In this document: positions 12,686 to 29,468 of the stretch, piece by piece | How positions within the stretch are numbered: the stretch's first letter is position 1 | Layout of the letters: each line of letters begins with the position of its first letter | Source: Eledone cirrhosa | Lineage: Eukaryota | Assembly (NCBI GenBank): GCA_964016885.1 | Contig: OZ024744.1 | Coordinates: 104,222,001-104,286,000, forward strand | Direction of reading: 5' to 3' | DNA: 64,000 bases | Program-made: the position numbers and the translations under genes | The notes under the pieces: generated by a model | What the model saw: the letters and a program-made list of their open reading frames with translations, nothing else | Database searches by the model: none | Told to the model about the DNA's origin: nothing

Positions 12686-13645
12686 ATAAATGGAAAAGAA
12701 TGAAACGAAATTTCATTTCTCACTCTTAGTACGGCTGATACTTAAATGTAAGTATGTATGTATACGTACATACATATATGTATACAGACGTACAGTAGTA
12801 TGTATATATATACATACATGCACACACATATATATGCATGTATGGGTTTGCCGAACATTTATTATAATGCTCGGCTTGTTTGTAAACAACAAACAGCCCA
12901 AATTACGCCGTACAGTGTTCAGGCAACCATCGTCACCTTTTTGTTCAACACTAACACAGGAACGATGTACTAGTTTCAAGCTTATTAGCTATCATCAGCA
13001 TTGTATACCTTTCTGTCAGATGGTTGAATATCTGAAAGTATATACTTTCCTTATGTATATTAACGGCTGAGCAGCCGTTCAACCATCTGACAGACATTCA
13101 ACCATCTGACAGACATTCAACCATCTGACAGAAAGGTATACGATGCTGACGATAGCTAATAAGCTTGACGATAGCTAATAAGCTTGAAACTAGTACATCG
13201 TTCCTGTGTCAGTGTTGAACAAAAAGGTGATGATGGTTGCCTGGACACTGTACGGCGTAATTTGGGCTGTTTGTTGTTTACAAACAAACCGAGCATTATA
13301 ATAAATGTTCAGTAAACCCATATGTACATATATATATGTGTGCATGTATGTATATATATACATACTACTGTACGTCTGTATACATATATGTATGTACGTA
13401 TACATACATACTTACATTTAAGTATCAGCCGTACTAAGAGTGAGAAATGAAATTTTGTTTCATTCTTTTCCATTTATCGTGTTCGGTGCGCCCGGCCGAC
13501 TAACTCACTAAATATGCAAATTAGGCTGCTCAGCCGTTAATATGCATAAAGAAAGTATATACTTTCAGACGTTCAACCATCTGACAGAAAGGTATACGAT
13601 GCTGACGATAGCTAATAAGCTTGAAACTAGTACATCGTTCCTGTG
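12686..13645. repeat. Fold-back (inverted-duplicated) interspersed repeat, possibly DNA-transposon derived
   Basis: 12686-~13030 is the reverse complement of ~13116-13477; further copies at 13525-13645, 14464-14675 and 61268-61665. Confidence 0.8.
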
Positions 13646-14462
13646 TCATCATCATCATCATCATCATCATCGTTTAACGTCCATATTCCACGCTTGCATG
13701 GGTTTGGACGGGAGTTTTCCCACTTGAGGCAAGAGTGGTTGTCTTGCTCGCATAGGACTGTCTGGTGGGTTTTCTACGGCTGGATGCCCTTCCTAACACC
13801 AACCACATTTACAGTGTGGGTCTGGGAGGTTTTTACCGTGTTACCTACACGGCCACATTACAGCGTGGACTGTGTGTTTTTTTGTCGTGACACCTACACG
13901 ACCTCATTTGTTTCGGACTGGATGTTGTGGTACCAACATAACTTTGAAAGGGTGGTTTGGATGGGGTGGGGGTAGTGGGACTGGGGTGTATTTTGTTAGA
14001 GGTGCCTACTGACTGTAGTAGGTTTCACTTTGCACTTAGGTAAGGTGGGTCTTCTCTATTACTGTGTAGCGCCAAAGATCTCGGTCCAGTGACATTGTCT
14101 TGGAGAGGTGTAAGTGTGTGAGGTCAGAATTTATCAAGTTGTCCCAGGTTTTTCTGGGTCTGCCTACTCCGTGGCTACCGTCTATTTTTATTGCCCTGCA
14201 CTTTTTTATACAGCTGTCATCTTTCATGCTCATCACGTGACCATACCAACGTAGCCTTCTCTCGAGTAAACAACATCTGATCCCTCTTATTTCTAATTTC
14301 TCCCTTAGTACGTTTATGCTTTGCCGTTCACGTATATTACTATTACACATCCAGCGGAGCATGCAAGCTTCGTTTCTTACCAGTCTGCGTATATCCTCTG
14401 CACACAATGCCCAGGTCTCACTGCCATGTAACATTGCTGTTCGTATGCAGGCATCATACAGC
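13646..14462 (-). mobile_element. RTE subfamily A 3' fragment
   Basis: RLYDACIRTAMLHGSETW...EKTHLT plus UTR and tail. Confidence 0.9.
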
Positions 14463-15475
14463 CTAGTGTTGAACAAAAAGTTGACGATGGTTGCCTGATG
14501 AATGTACGGCGTAATTTGGGCTGTTTGTTGTTTACAAACAAACCGAGCATTATAATAAATGTTCGGTAAACCCATACGTACATATATATGTGTGAGCATG
14601 TATGTATATATATATACATACTACTGTACGTCTGTACACATATATGTATGTACGTATACATACATACTTACATATATTGTCATAATATTGCCAGAAATAA
14701 TAACCTTGCAAAACAAATATATATATGTATGTATATTGGAAAATGTGTGAGACTTTGGTACAGTTAGGTATATTTGAAAAAAAGAAAAAGAATGATTTCA
14801 CTTGTAGTGTTAAAAAATGTATGATTTAATGTTATAATATTATAATATTATGAGTTGGTAGATCCAGTAAGTTCTTTGTTAACTTCGGTGGGAAGAATTT
14901 TAGTGATTCCTGGTTAACTTCGGTTGGAGAACTTTCTTGCATTCGTCTGTCTGTGGCGATTGTCAAACTGAGATCAGGTTGTGTTGAAATGTGTGACTAT
15001 ATATAAGAGGGATTTGGATGTGTCTGGGTGTGGGGTGGGGTGTTAATGAGTGTTGATGATGATGAAGGTCCGGAGGAATTAAAGTATACATACATACACA
15101 CACACACGTACACACACACACATATATATATATACACTCAGAAAATGGTGAGGCTGTAAGATAAGGGTGTTTGAGAAGGATGTCGTAAAAATCTCCTCCT
15201 GCTGGTTTTATTTCATTAGCTGACCTTTGATGAGTATATAATGGCATAGCTGAATCAACTCTTCCAAATCCATAAAGAATATCTTCTACAGATTTCTATA
15301 TCAAAGATGAATTTAGGTGCTTGTCTGGGTTTTAATGAGGTGTAAGATACATGTCTTTTGATAAGAATGGGATGATAGGAAAAAGAGAAAAGACATGTGT
15401 CTTACACCTCATTAAAACCCAGTCAAGCACCTAAATTCATCTTTGATATAGAAATTTGTGTGTGTGTGTGTATGT

Positions 15476-15476
<1 letters not shown>

Positions 15477-15506
<30 letters not shown>

Positions 15507-18153
15507 GGTTTAGCGTCCGTGTTCCACACTTGCATGGGTTTGGACGGGGGTTTTCCCACTTGAGGCAAGAGTGGTTGTCTTGCTCGCATAGGACTGTCTG
15601 GCGGGTTTTCTACAGTTGGATGCCCTTCCTAACACCAACCACATTTACAGTGTGGGGCTGGGAGGTTTTTACCGTGTTGCCTACACGGCCACATTACAGC
15701 GTGGACTGTCTGGCGGGTTTTCTACAGCTGGATGCCCTTCCTAACACCAACCACATTTACAGTGTGGGGCTGGGAGGTTTTTACCGTGTTGCCTACACGG
15801 CCACATTTACAGCGTGGACTGTGTGTTTTTTTTTGTCCTGACACCTACACGATCTCATTTGTTTCGGCCTGGATGTTGTAGGACCAACATAACTTTACAT
15901 TGAAAGGGGCGGTGTGGGTGGGGTGGAGGTGGTGGGACGGGGGTGTGTTTTGATAGAGATGCCTACTGACTGTAGTAGGTTTTTACTTTGTATTTAGGTA
16001 AGGCGGGTCTTCTCTATTACTGAGTACCGCCAAAGGTCTCGGTCCAGTGACATTGTCTTGGAGAGGTGTAAGCGTGTGAGGTCGGAATTTATCAGCTCGT
16101 CCCATGTTTTTCTGGGTCTGCCTACTCTGTGGCTACCGTCTATCTTTATTGCCCTGCACTTTGTTATACAGCTGTCGTCTTTCATGCGCATCACGTGACC
16201 GTACCAACGTAGCCTTCTCTCGAGTAAACAACATCTGATCCCTCTTATTTCTAATTTTTTCCTTAGTTTGTTTATGCTTTGCCGTTCACGTATATTACTA
16301 TTGCACATCCAGCGGAGCATGCAAGCTTCGTTCCTCTCTAGTCTGCGTATATCCACTGCACACAATGCCCAGGTCTCACTGCCATGCAGCATTGCTGTTC
16401 GTATGCAGGCATCGTATAACCTGCCTTTCATTTTTAGGGAGAACCCTCTAGCGGCTAATAGTGGTATAAGCTCTCTGAACTTTTTCCATCCAGTTCTGAC
16501 TTTAGCTACTGTACTTTCAGAGCACCCTCCCCCACTGCTGATTTTGTCACCCAGGTAACGGAAGCTGTCCACTATTTCTATAGAACCCTCTGCGCAGTTG
16601 AAGGAGCTAGTATTTTGTGGGTACTTGCTGCTACTTATTGCACCAGAGCACCGGCCACATGTAAAATCTATGTTCTTAGTTAGCTTACCTGTGATCCCAC
16701 TACATCTTTTATGCACCCATACTTTGCATTTGGGACATAAAATGGAGTTTCTACCTACGCCTTTCCTACACACTGAGCATGGCCATTTCCCAGAAGGGAC
16801 CGCCGCCTTATTTTCTTTCCTACAAACTAGAACTTTAGTCTTAGCCAGGTTAATTTTAAGGCCTTTTGATTCTAGGCCGTGCTTCCATGTTTGGAATTTC
16901 TTCTCTAGTTCGGTCATTGATTCAGCTATGAGCGTTAGATCATCTGCGTATAGGAGTTCCCATGGGCAGCCGGTCTTGAACTCCTCTGTTATAGCCTGAA
17001 GGGCAATAATAAATAGTAGGGGGCTAAGAACAGAGCCCTGATGGACACCAACTTTTACGCTAAACTCTTCACTATATTCGTTGTTAATTCTAACCTTACT
17101 GACTGTTTCTTTATACATGGCTTGTATAGATCTCACAAGCCATTCGTCAACACCTAGTTTTCTAAGAGACCACCAGATAATGGAACGGGGGACTCTGTCG
17201 AAGGCCTTCTCCAAGTCGACGAAAGCTAAGTACAGGGGTTTACTTTTAGCTAGGTACTTCTCCTGTAGTTGTCGTACAATGAAAAGAACGTCTGTGGTAC
17301 TTTTGCCTGACACAAACCCGAACTGCATTTCATCTAGATCGATTCTCTCTCTGATTAGTTGCGCTATTACTTTTTCCGTGACCTTCATGACCTGGTCGAT
17401 TAATTTAATGCCTCTATAGTTACTCCTATCTAGGGCATCTCCTTTTCCCTTATAGCAGTTAACGATGATGCTGCTACGCCAGTCCTTCGGAACAACCCCA
17501 TTCTGTACGACTTGGTTAACTATGCGGGTGACCATGGTGTGTCCCACCGAACCAGATGCCTTCAGCATCTCAGCAACTATTTCCGAAGGACCAGCCGCCT
17601 TACCCGTCTTCATATCTTTGATTGCCTTGCTTATTGTACTACCTTGGACTAACACTGCTGGTCCCTCTATTGGGTCGATGTGGGGGAGACTGTCTTTCTC
17701 CCATTTGTTCTCCTCATTTAGAAGCCTTTCGTAGTGACACTTCCAAGCTACCTTCTTATCAGCGTCTGTGATGGCAAGTATGCCATCATCGTTAAGTACA
17801 CACTTCTCCCCGACAATATCACGGTTTTCCTTGACACATTGCCTGGCAATCCTGAACACCTCACGTTTTTGGTCCTCACGTTGTAGAACATGCTTGAACT
17901 TTCTTTCCTCTGCTTCTCTTCTTGCGAAGTACACTTGTCTCCTAGCTTCCCTCCTGGCCACTTGATAGTCTTCTCTACTTCCCCCATCCCGCCATACTTT
18001 CCAAGCCTGCTTTTTGGCCTTAATTGACTCCTCCACCTTACTGTTCCACCACCATGTTACTCTCCTCCTACCTACAGGCCTGCTCCAGCCACAGACTTCG
18101 TCTGCCGCCGTCAGCAGGTTTGCTCTCAGGAATTCCCACTGTTCCTCTATATT
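15477..18153 (-). mobile_element. RTE subfamily A, 5'-truncated, open RT-PHD frame
   Basis: ORF 15994-18282 is nearly identical to 22196-25183 from NIEEQW onward. Confidence 0.95.
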
Positions 18154-18527
18154 ATACATGTATACATGTATGTATACTTTAATATACTCTATATTATACA
18201 TAGTATACATGCATGTATACTTTAATTCCTCCGGACCTTCATCATCATCAACACTCATTAACACCCCACACTCCAGACACATCCAAATCCCTCTTATATA
18301 TAGTCACACATTTCAACACAACCTGATCTCAGTTTGACAATCGTCACAGACAGACGAATATGAGAAAGTTCTCCAACCCAAGTTAACCAGGAATCTCTAA
18401 AATTCTTCCCACCGAAGTTAACAAAGAACTTACTGGATCTACCAACTCATAATATTATAATATTATAACATTAAATCATAACATTTTTTAAAACTACAAG
18501 TGAAGTCATTCTTTTCCTTTTTTCCAA

Positions 18528-18566
<39 letters not shown>

Positions 18567-18851
18567 ATCATCATCATCATCATCATTTTACGTCCACTTT
18601 TTCCTGCTTGCATATATATATATATGGGTAAAGAAGTACCAAGAAATGCCAGTAGAGGGAAGACAAGGTAGAGGAAGACCACGAAAAACCTGGGCGGAAG
18701 TGGTGAGAACAGACCTCAGATTGCTGAAGCTCACGGAGGAGATGACGAAGGACCGTGACAAGTGGAGAGATGTTGTGCTGAATAGGATCCGTCCCACCCT
18801 GGCAAGCAGGGAAGAGCGGACGTAAAATGATGATGATGATGATGATATATA

Positions 18852-20290
18852 TCATCATCATCATCATCAACGTTTAACGTCCGTGTTCCACGCTTGCATG
18901 GGTTTGGACGGGGATTTTCCCACTTGAGGCAAGAGTGGTTGTCTTGCTCGCATAGGACTGTCTGGCGGGTTTTCTACAGTTGGATGCCCTTCCTAACACC
19001 AACCACATTTACAGTGTGGGGCTGGGAGGATTTTACCGTGTTGCCTACACGGCCACATTACAGCGTGGACTGTCTGGCGGGTTTTCTACAGCTGGATGCC
19101 CTTCCTAACACCAACCACATTTACAGTGTGGGGCTGGGAGGTTTTTACCGTGTTGCCTACACGGCCACATTACAGCGTGGACTGTGTGTTTTTTGTCGTG
19201 ACACCTACACGATCTCATTTGTTTCGGCCTGGATGTTGTGGCACCAACATAACTTTACATTGAAATGGGCGGTGTGGATGAGGTGGGGGTAGTGTGACGG
19301 GGGTGTGTTTTGATAGAGATGCCTACTGACTGTAGTAGGTTTTACTTTGTATTTAGGTAAGGCGGGCCTTCTCTATTACTGAATACTGCCAAAGGTCTCG
19401 GTCCAGTGACATTGTCTTGGAGAGGTGTAAGGGTGTGAGGTCGGAATTTATCATGTCGTCCCAGGTTTTTCTGGGTCTGCCTACTCCGTGGCTACCGTCT
19501 ATCTTTATTGCCCTGCACTTTGTTATACAGCTGTCGTCTTTCATGCGCATCACGTGACTATACCAACGTAGCCTTCTCTCGAGTAAACAACATCTGATCC
19601 CTCTTATTTCTAATTTTTTCCTTAGTTCGTTTATGCTTAGCCGTTCACGTATATTACTATTGCACATCCAGCGGAGCATGCAAGCTTCGTTCCTCTCTAG
19701 TCTGTGTATATCCTCTGCATACAATGCCCAGGTCTCACTGCCATGTAGCATTGCTGTTCGTATGCAGGCATCATATAACCTGCCTTTCATTTTTAGGGAG
19801 AACCCTTTAGCGGCTAATAGTGGTATAAGCTCTCTGAACTTTTTCCATCCAGTTCTGACTTTAGCTACTGTACTTTCAGAGCACCCTCCCCCACTGCTGA
19901 TTTTGTCACCCAGGTAACGGAAGCTGTCCACTATTTCTATAGAACCCTCTGCGCAGTTGAAGGAGCTAGTATTTTGTGGGTACTTGCTGCTACTTATTGC
20001 ACCAGAGCACCGGCCACATGTAAAATCTATGTTCTTAGTTAGCTTACCTGTGATCCCACTACATCTTTTATGCACCCATACTTTGCATTTGGGACATAAA
20101 ATGGAGTTTCTACCTACGCCTTTCCTACACACTGAGCATGGCCATTTCCCAGAAGGGACCGCCGCCTTATTTTCTTTCCTACAAACTAGAACTTTAGTCT
20201 TAGCCAGGTTAATTTTAAGGCCTTTTGATTCTAGGCCGTGTTTCCATGTTTGGAATTTCTTCTCTAGCTCGGTCATTGATTCAGCTATGA
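18852..20290 (-). mobile_element. RTE subfamily A, 5'-truncated
   Basis: ORF 19353-20276; carries the same 3' UTR duplication as the 15.5-kb copy. Confidence 0.93.
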
Positions 20291-20529
20291 ATATTTATAT
20301 ATATATGTGTGTGTAGTTTAGTGATTGTAACATCCAGTTACTGTAGGTTCACCAGAGTGAGCACTCGATGCGTACAAACTGAGAGAGAAACTAGGCATAA
20401 GAGGAATCAAATGTTGTGTGCAGAAGAGGAGATTACATTGGTATGGACATGTGATGCGTATGAAGGGTGACAGCTGCATAAAAACGTGCAGAGCATTCAA
20501 AGTCACTGGAAGCTTTGGAGTGGGTCTTT

Positions 20530-20862
20530 AGAGTAACGTTACTCGATAGAGTGCATTGCTCAGAGATCAGAGAGTCACTCCAGGTAGAGTCACTTGTTCT
20601 CTGAATTGGGAGATCACAGTTCCGATACTACGGCCATGTGGTTAGAATGTCTCAGGAAAGAATCACTGGACAGATTTTACGGGCAAAACCAACAACTGGT
20701 AGGAGACCCAGGGGTAGACCCTGAGCAAGATGGTTGGATAACATCCGTGAGCTTAGCTGGTCTTGCTTGGGGATGGTTGCTTCTGACAGGACCCGCTGGA
20801 AGGAGTGTTTGAGGACTCTTCCTCCATGACCCTCTCAGGAATAAGTGGGCAAAGGAGAAGAT
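20530..20862 (+). mobile_element. Distinct RTE-type LINE 3' end fragment
   Basis: RYYGHVVRMSQERITGQIL...GRRPRGRP..RWLD. Confidence 0.65.
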
Positions 20863-21295
20863 ATGTATATATATATAGAGAGAGAGATAGAGAAAGAGAG
20901 CGAGATAAGGGAGAAAGAGAGAGTGTAGTGTAGTTAATACGAAGCATTGAGATATGTAGTAAAAGGGCAATAATTTTGAAAAAGCTGGCTTTTTAAAAAT
21001 GATCGGCCTTTTACTACCTCCTCCTCCTCCTCCTCCTCCTCCTCCTCATCATCATCATCATCATCATCAGCATCATCATTTAACGTCCATCTTCCACACT
21101 AGTATGGGTTGGACTGTTTTGACCCACTTGAGGCAAGGTTGGTCAGTAGACCGTGTCTCGCTCGTACAGAACTGTTTCTGGCAGGTCTTGTACGGTTGGA
21201 TGCCCTTCCTAACACCAACCATATTTACAGTGTGGTCTGGGAGCTTTTTAACCATGTCTCCTACACAACCACTTTACAGAGGCAATTATATATAT

Positions 21296-25607
<4,312 letters not shown>

Positions 25608-25609
<2 letters not shown>

Positions 25610-25950
25610 AGGCACATGGCTTAGTGGTTAGAGCATTGGGCTTGCAATCGAAAGGTTGTGAGTTCAATTCTCAGACCGGGTGATGTGTTGTTTCCTTGAG
25701 CAAGACACTTTATTTCACATTGCTCCAGTTTACTCAGCTGTAGAAATGAGATGATAGGGACTGGGGTCCCTATCATTCCACAGCAAAGTGGCCGTGGAGG
25801 TGCCACGGCAAAAAAGCACCCAGCACTCACTGTAAATGAGGTTGGTGTTAGGAAGGGCATCCAGCTGTAGAAATCAAGCCAGAACCAGTTCCCGTCCCAC
25901 CCTTGCAAGCAGGGAAAAAGCGGACGTAAAATGAAATGATGAAATGATGA
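25608..25950 (+). mobile_element. SINE family A, full length
   Basis: A and B boxes, core, RTE-like tail containing AGGAAGGGCATCCAGCTGTAGAAA. Confidence 0.9.
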
Positions 25951-26510
25951 TATATATATATATATATAACCAAATTAAAAGATATATGTTTATAGAGAGA
26001 GAAAGAGACATATATTGTAAGAGAAACACGGTATATTGTATATATACCAAATACATATTCTTCTATAGAAAATGTATTTAGTATATATATACAATATACC
26101 GTGTTTCTCTTTCAATATATGTCTCTTTCTCTCTCTCTATAAACATATATCTTTTAATTTGGTTATTTTGGATCTAGATAAAGTCTAGATCCAAAATAAC
26201 CAAATTAAAAGATATATGTTTATAGAGAGAGAGAAAGAGACATATATTGAAAGAGAAACACGGTATATTGTATATATATACTAAATACATTTTCTATAGA
26301 AGAATATGTATTTGGTATATATACAATATACCGTGTTTCTCTTACAATATATGTCTCTTTCTCTCTCTATAAACATATATCTTTTAATTTGGTTATATAT
26401 ATATATATATATCATCATTTCATCATTTCATTTTACGTCCGCTTTTTCCCTGCTTGCAAGGGTGGGACGGGAACTGGTTCTGGCTTGATTTCTACAGCTG
26501 GATGCCCTTC
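25852..26510. repeat. Near-perfect palindrome with ~327-bp arms and a 5-nt spacer
   Basis: Centre TCTAGA-TAAAG-TCTAGA at 26181; identical mirrored ORFs 25874-26056(-) and 26306-26488(+). Confidence 0.95.
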
Positions 26511-26806
26511 TTAAAAAACACAAAATTATAAACATATTTGATATGTTTTGATTCATCATTTATATATATATATAACAAAAGGTGTGTGGTAAGATACCAG
26601 GTGAACCATAACGCATATTATATATTATTTGATTCAATATAAATATTCTTGATTTATTTCAGTAAAATATTTTCTTTTGAAACATTTACTAAATTTAAAT
26701 GTCTTTGTTCTCTTTTCACTCTCCAATTAATGTTAAGTAAAATATATTTCCTTTCTTTCTTTCTTTTTATTATACTGATGTTATTGTGATAATATAATTT
26801 TTTCAG

Positions 26807-26864
26807 ATTGTGACCCAGCTGAAATTTGTGACCTGATTTATATTGAGATGAATCGTCGGAGCAA
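26807..26864 (+). CDS. WD40-repeat gene exon 3 (58 nt)
   Basis: tttcag/gtaagt; (D)CDPAEICDLIYIEMNRRS(K); phases 1/2 link exons 2 and 4 in frame. Confidence 0.85.
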
Positions 26865-27553
26865 GTAAGTTCAGCAAATTGTGATTAAGAAGGAGCTAAA
26901 TGACCACTCTTAAAAAACTGGAAGATTTTATAATAGCAGATATAAAATTGTTCCATATCTTTAATCCCCTGCCCTTATAAACTAGATGACTTTTTCCTCA
27001 CCATTACAGATCATCTAAAGATACCTTTGTACATCATACAGCCTGCAAGCTTTACCATCTCCCAAACTGCAGCTGGTCATTCTTGTTCCTTCATAAAAGG
27101 ATCTCTTCCAACTCTGCTATATTTGTCCTACAATACACTTTTCTGTAAGGTGACTTTATAGGCAACACTCCTATGGATATTACCTCTATAGACCACACTG
27201 CACATGCTTCTTTGTAAGTTTCTCTATCATATACATAAATGCACACTAATTACAAAATACCATCGACCCTAATTATGTGAGAGTTGATTACCTTAAAATA
27301 ATAAGGATCAGAACCAACCCCTATCCTTACCAAACTCTCTAGTTTCTTCCTTCTCACTTACAAGCATCTATCTCATCTTTAGAAACATGCTATGGCGTAA
27401 CCCATTCTCACACTACCAATTCTCTACCTACCTCTCCCCCACTCCCCGTTGTCTTTCAACTTCTCAAAAATGATAGAGATGATCATTAAGGAATCACATA
27501 CCCCAGCACACACTCCAGTCCTTACTAATTCAGTTTCCAGAAAGCCAAATATA

Positions 27554-28820
27554 CATCATCATCATCATCATCATCATTTTACGTCCGCTTTTCCCTGCTT
27601 GCAAGGGTGAGACGGGTCCTATTCAACACAGCATCTCACCACTTGTCACGGTCCTTCGTCATCTCCTCCGTGAGCTTCAGCGATCTGAGGTCAGCTCTCA
27701 CCACCTCCGCCCATGTTTTTCGTGGTCTTCCTCTACTGTGTCTTCCTTCTACTGGCATTTCTTGGCACTACTTTACCCAGTGGTCATCCTCCATGTGCAT
27801 CACATGTCCATACCATCGCAGTCTTCTCTCCCGCACACTACAACTTATCCCTCTTGTACAGTTGCTCTCTCAACTCATCTATGTTTGGTCATTCACACAC
27901 ATTGACATTGCACATCCATCGGAGCATGCTTGCTTTGTTTCTCTCCAGCCATCGCATATCCTCTGTAGTTGTTGCCCATGTCTCACTATGATGTAACATT
28001 GCGCATCTCACACAGGCATCTTATAACTGGCCTTTCGTTCGTAGGGAGAAACCTTTCTTTGTCAACATAGGAAGCAGCTCCCTAAACTTCTTCCAACCCA
28101 TCCTTATTCTAGATATTATGGCCTTGGAACACCCGCCTCCCATGCTAATCTGATCACCTAGGTACTGGAAGCTATCAAACCACTTCTAGAGAACCTACCT
28201 GCATTTGAAAAATGTGTCTATCACTGCCACTTCTACTGTCAAATTTCCCTGTACATCTACTGCATACATAGTTTTCTGTACCTGCTAGTTTGCCTGCTAT
28301 CCCACTACATCTCTTGTATACCCAAGATCTGCATTGTGTACATTTTATAGAATTTATGCCAGTTCCTTTTCTGCATATCGAACATGGCCATTTCCCCGAT
28401 GGAATCAGAGTTTTGTCCTCTTTTCTACTTATCAACATTTTTGTCTTAGCTAGGTTCATTCTCAGTCCTCTTGATTCCAACTGCTGTTTCCATAGCCAGA
28501 ATTTATTTTCTAGCTCCTCTACTGATTCTGCTATAAGAACCAGATCATCACATAGCGAAGTTTTCATGGACAGCCAGTCTTAAACTCCTCTGTTATGGCT
28601 TGGAAGACTATAATGAACAAGAGCAGGCTGAGGACCAAACCCTGATGTACTCCTACTTGTATCTGGAATTCCTCACTAAACTCCATTCCTACTCTCACTT
28701 TACTGACAGCACCTCTGTACATAGTTTGCACCATCCTCACAAGCCATTCCTCTACACCTAGTTTCCTTAGGGACCACTGGGGTACCCTATCAAAGTCCTT
28801 CTCTAGGTCAACAAAAGCTC
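27554..28820 (-). mobile_element. RTE subfamily C, decayed
   Basis: Reverse complement of 7230-8518. Confidence 0.9.
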
Positions 28821-29309
28821 CTATGTTATTCCCCAGTTCTTTTCACCATTCAGAAATTTGGTCTATCCTAAGTTTAGAATCCTTTTAGAATTCTCCAACC
28901 TCTAACCTGCAATCACTCAATTACATTACCTTTGCCAAGATATTTTTCTATCATCTAATCTAAGAATATCTAAAAAAAAACAAACAAATCCCTCAAGTAA
29001 GAGTCCTACAATACCAGTTTTATTTCAAAGTAACATTGCAAAGCTTTCCTTCTGTATTTTATCTTAACTCCTAAATCTTAACATTCTCTAATGATTTAGC
29101 AGAAAATATTTAAAAAAAAAGGTTTATTAATTCAAGTGTTGATAGAATCTTTACTATTGGACAGATCTTGGTGAAAAATTTGCAGTATTAGAGTAAAGAC
29201 TCTAGGCTATGGTTAAGACTTGCCCAAGAAGTTATGCAATAAAATCAGAGGAGCTCTTTATTGAAAAGTGAAATTCTTAAGCACTTAGCTATGAATCTTT
29301 AGCTGGTTG

Positions 29310-29468
29310 CTAAAATTGGTTAGCTACAGAGATTAGTACTATCTTTAACTAGTTGCTAGAATTGGTTAGCTACAGCTATTAGTACTATCTTTAACTAGTT
29401 GCTAGAATTGGTTAGCTACAGCTGTTAGTACTATCTTTAACCAGTTGCTAGAATTGGTTAGCTACAAA
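29310..29468. repeat. 39-bp minisatellite
   Basis: GTTGCTAGAATTGGTTAGCTACAG... repeated about 4 times. Confidence 0.85.

Noticed and set aside
16268-17965. Recurrent antisense ORFs over the RTE copies
   Set aside because: Short shadow frames that recur only because the copies are nearly identical
18154-18282. Apparent novel N-terminal fusion on the 762-aa RTE ORF
   Set aside because: Junction filler and flank read in frame by chance; no evidence of expression
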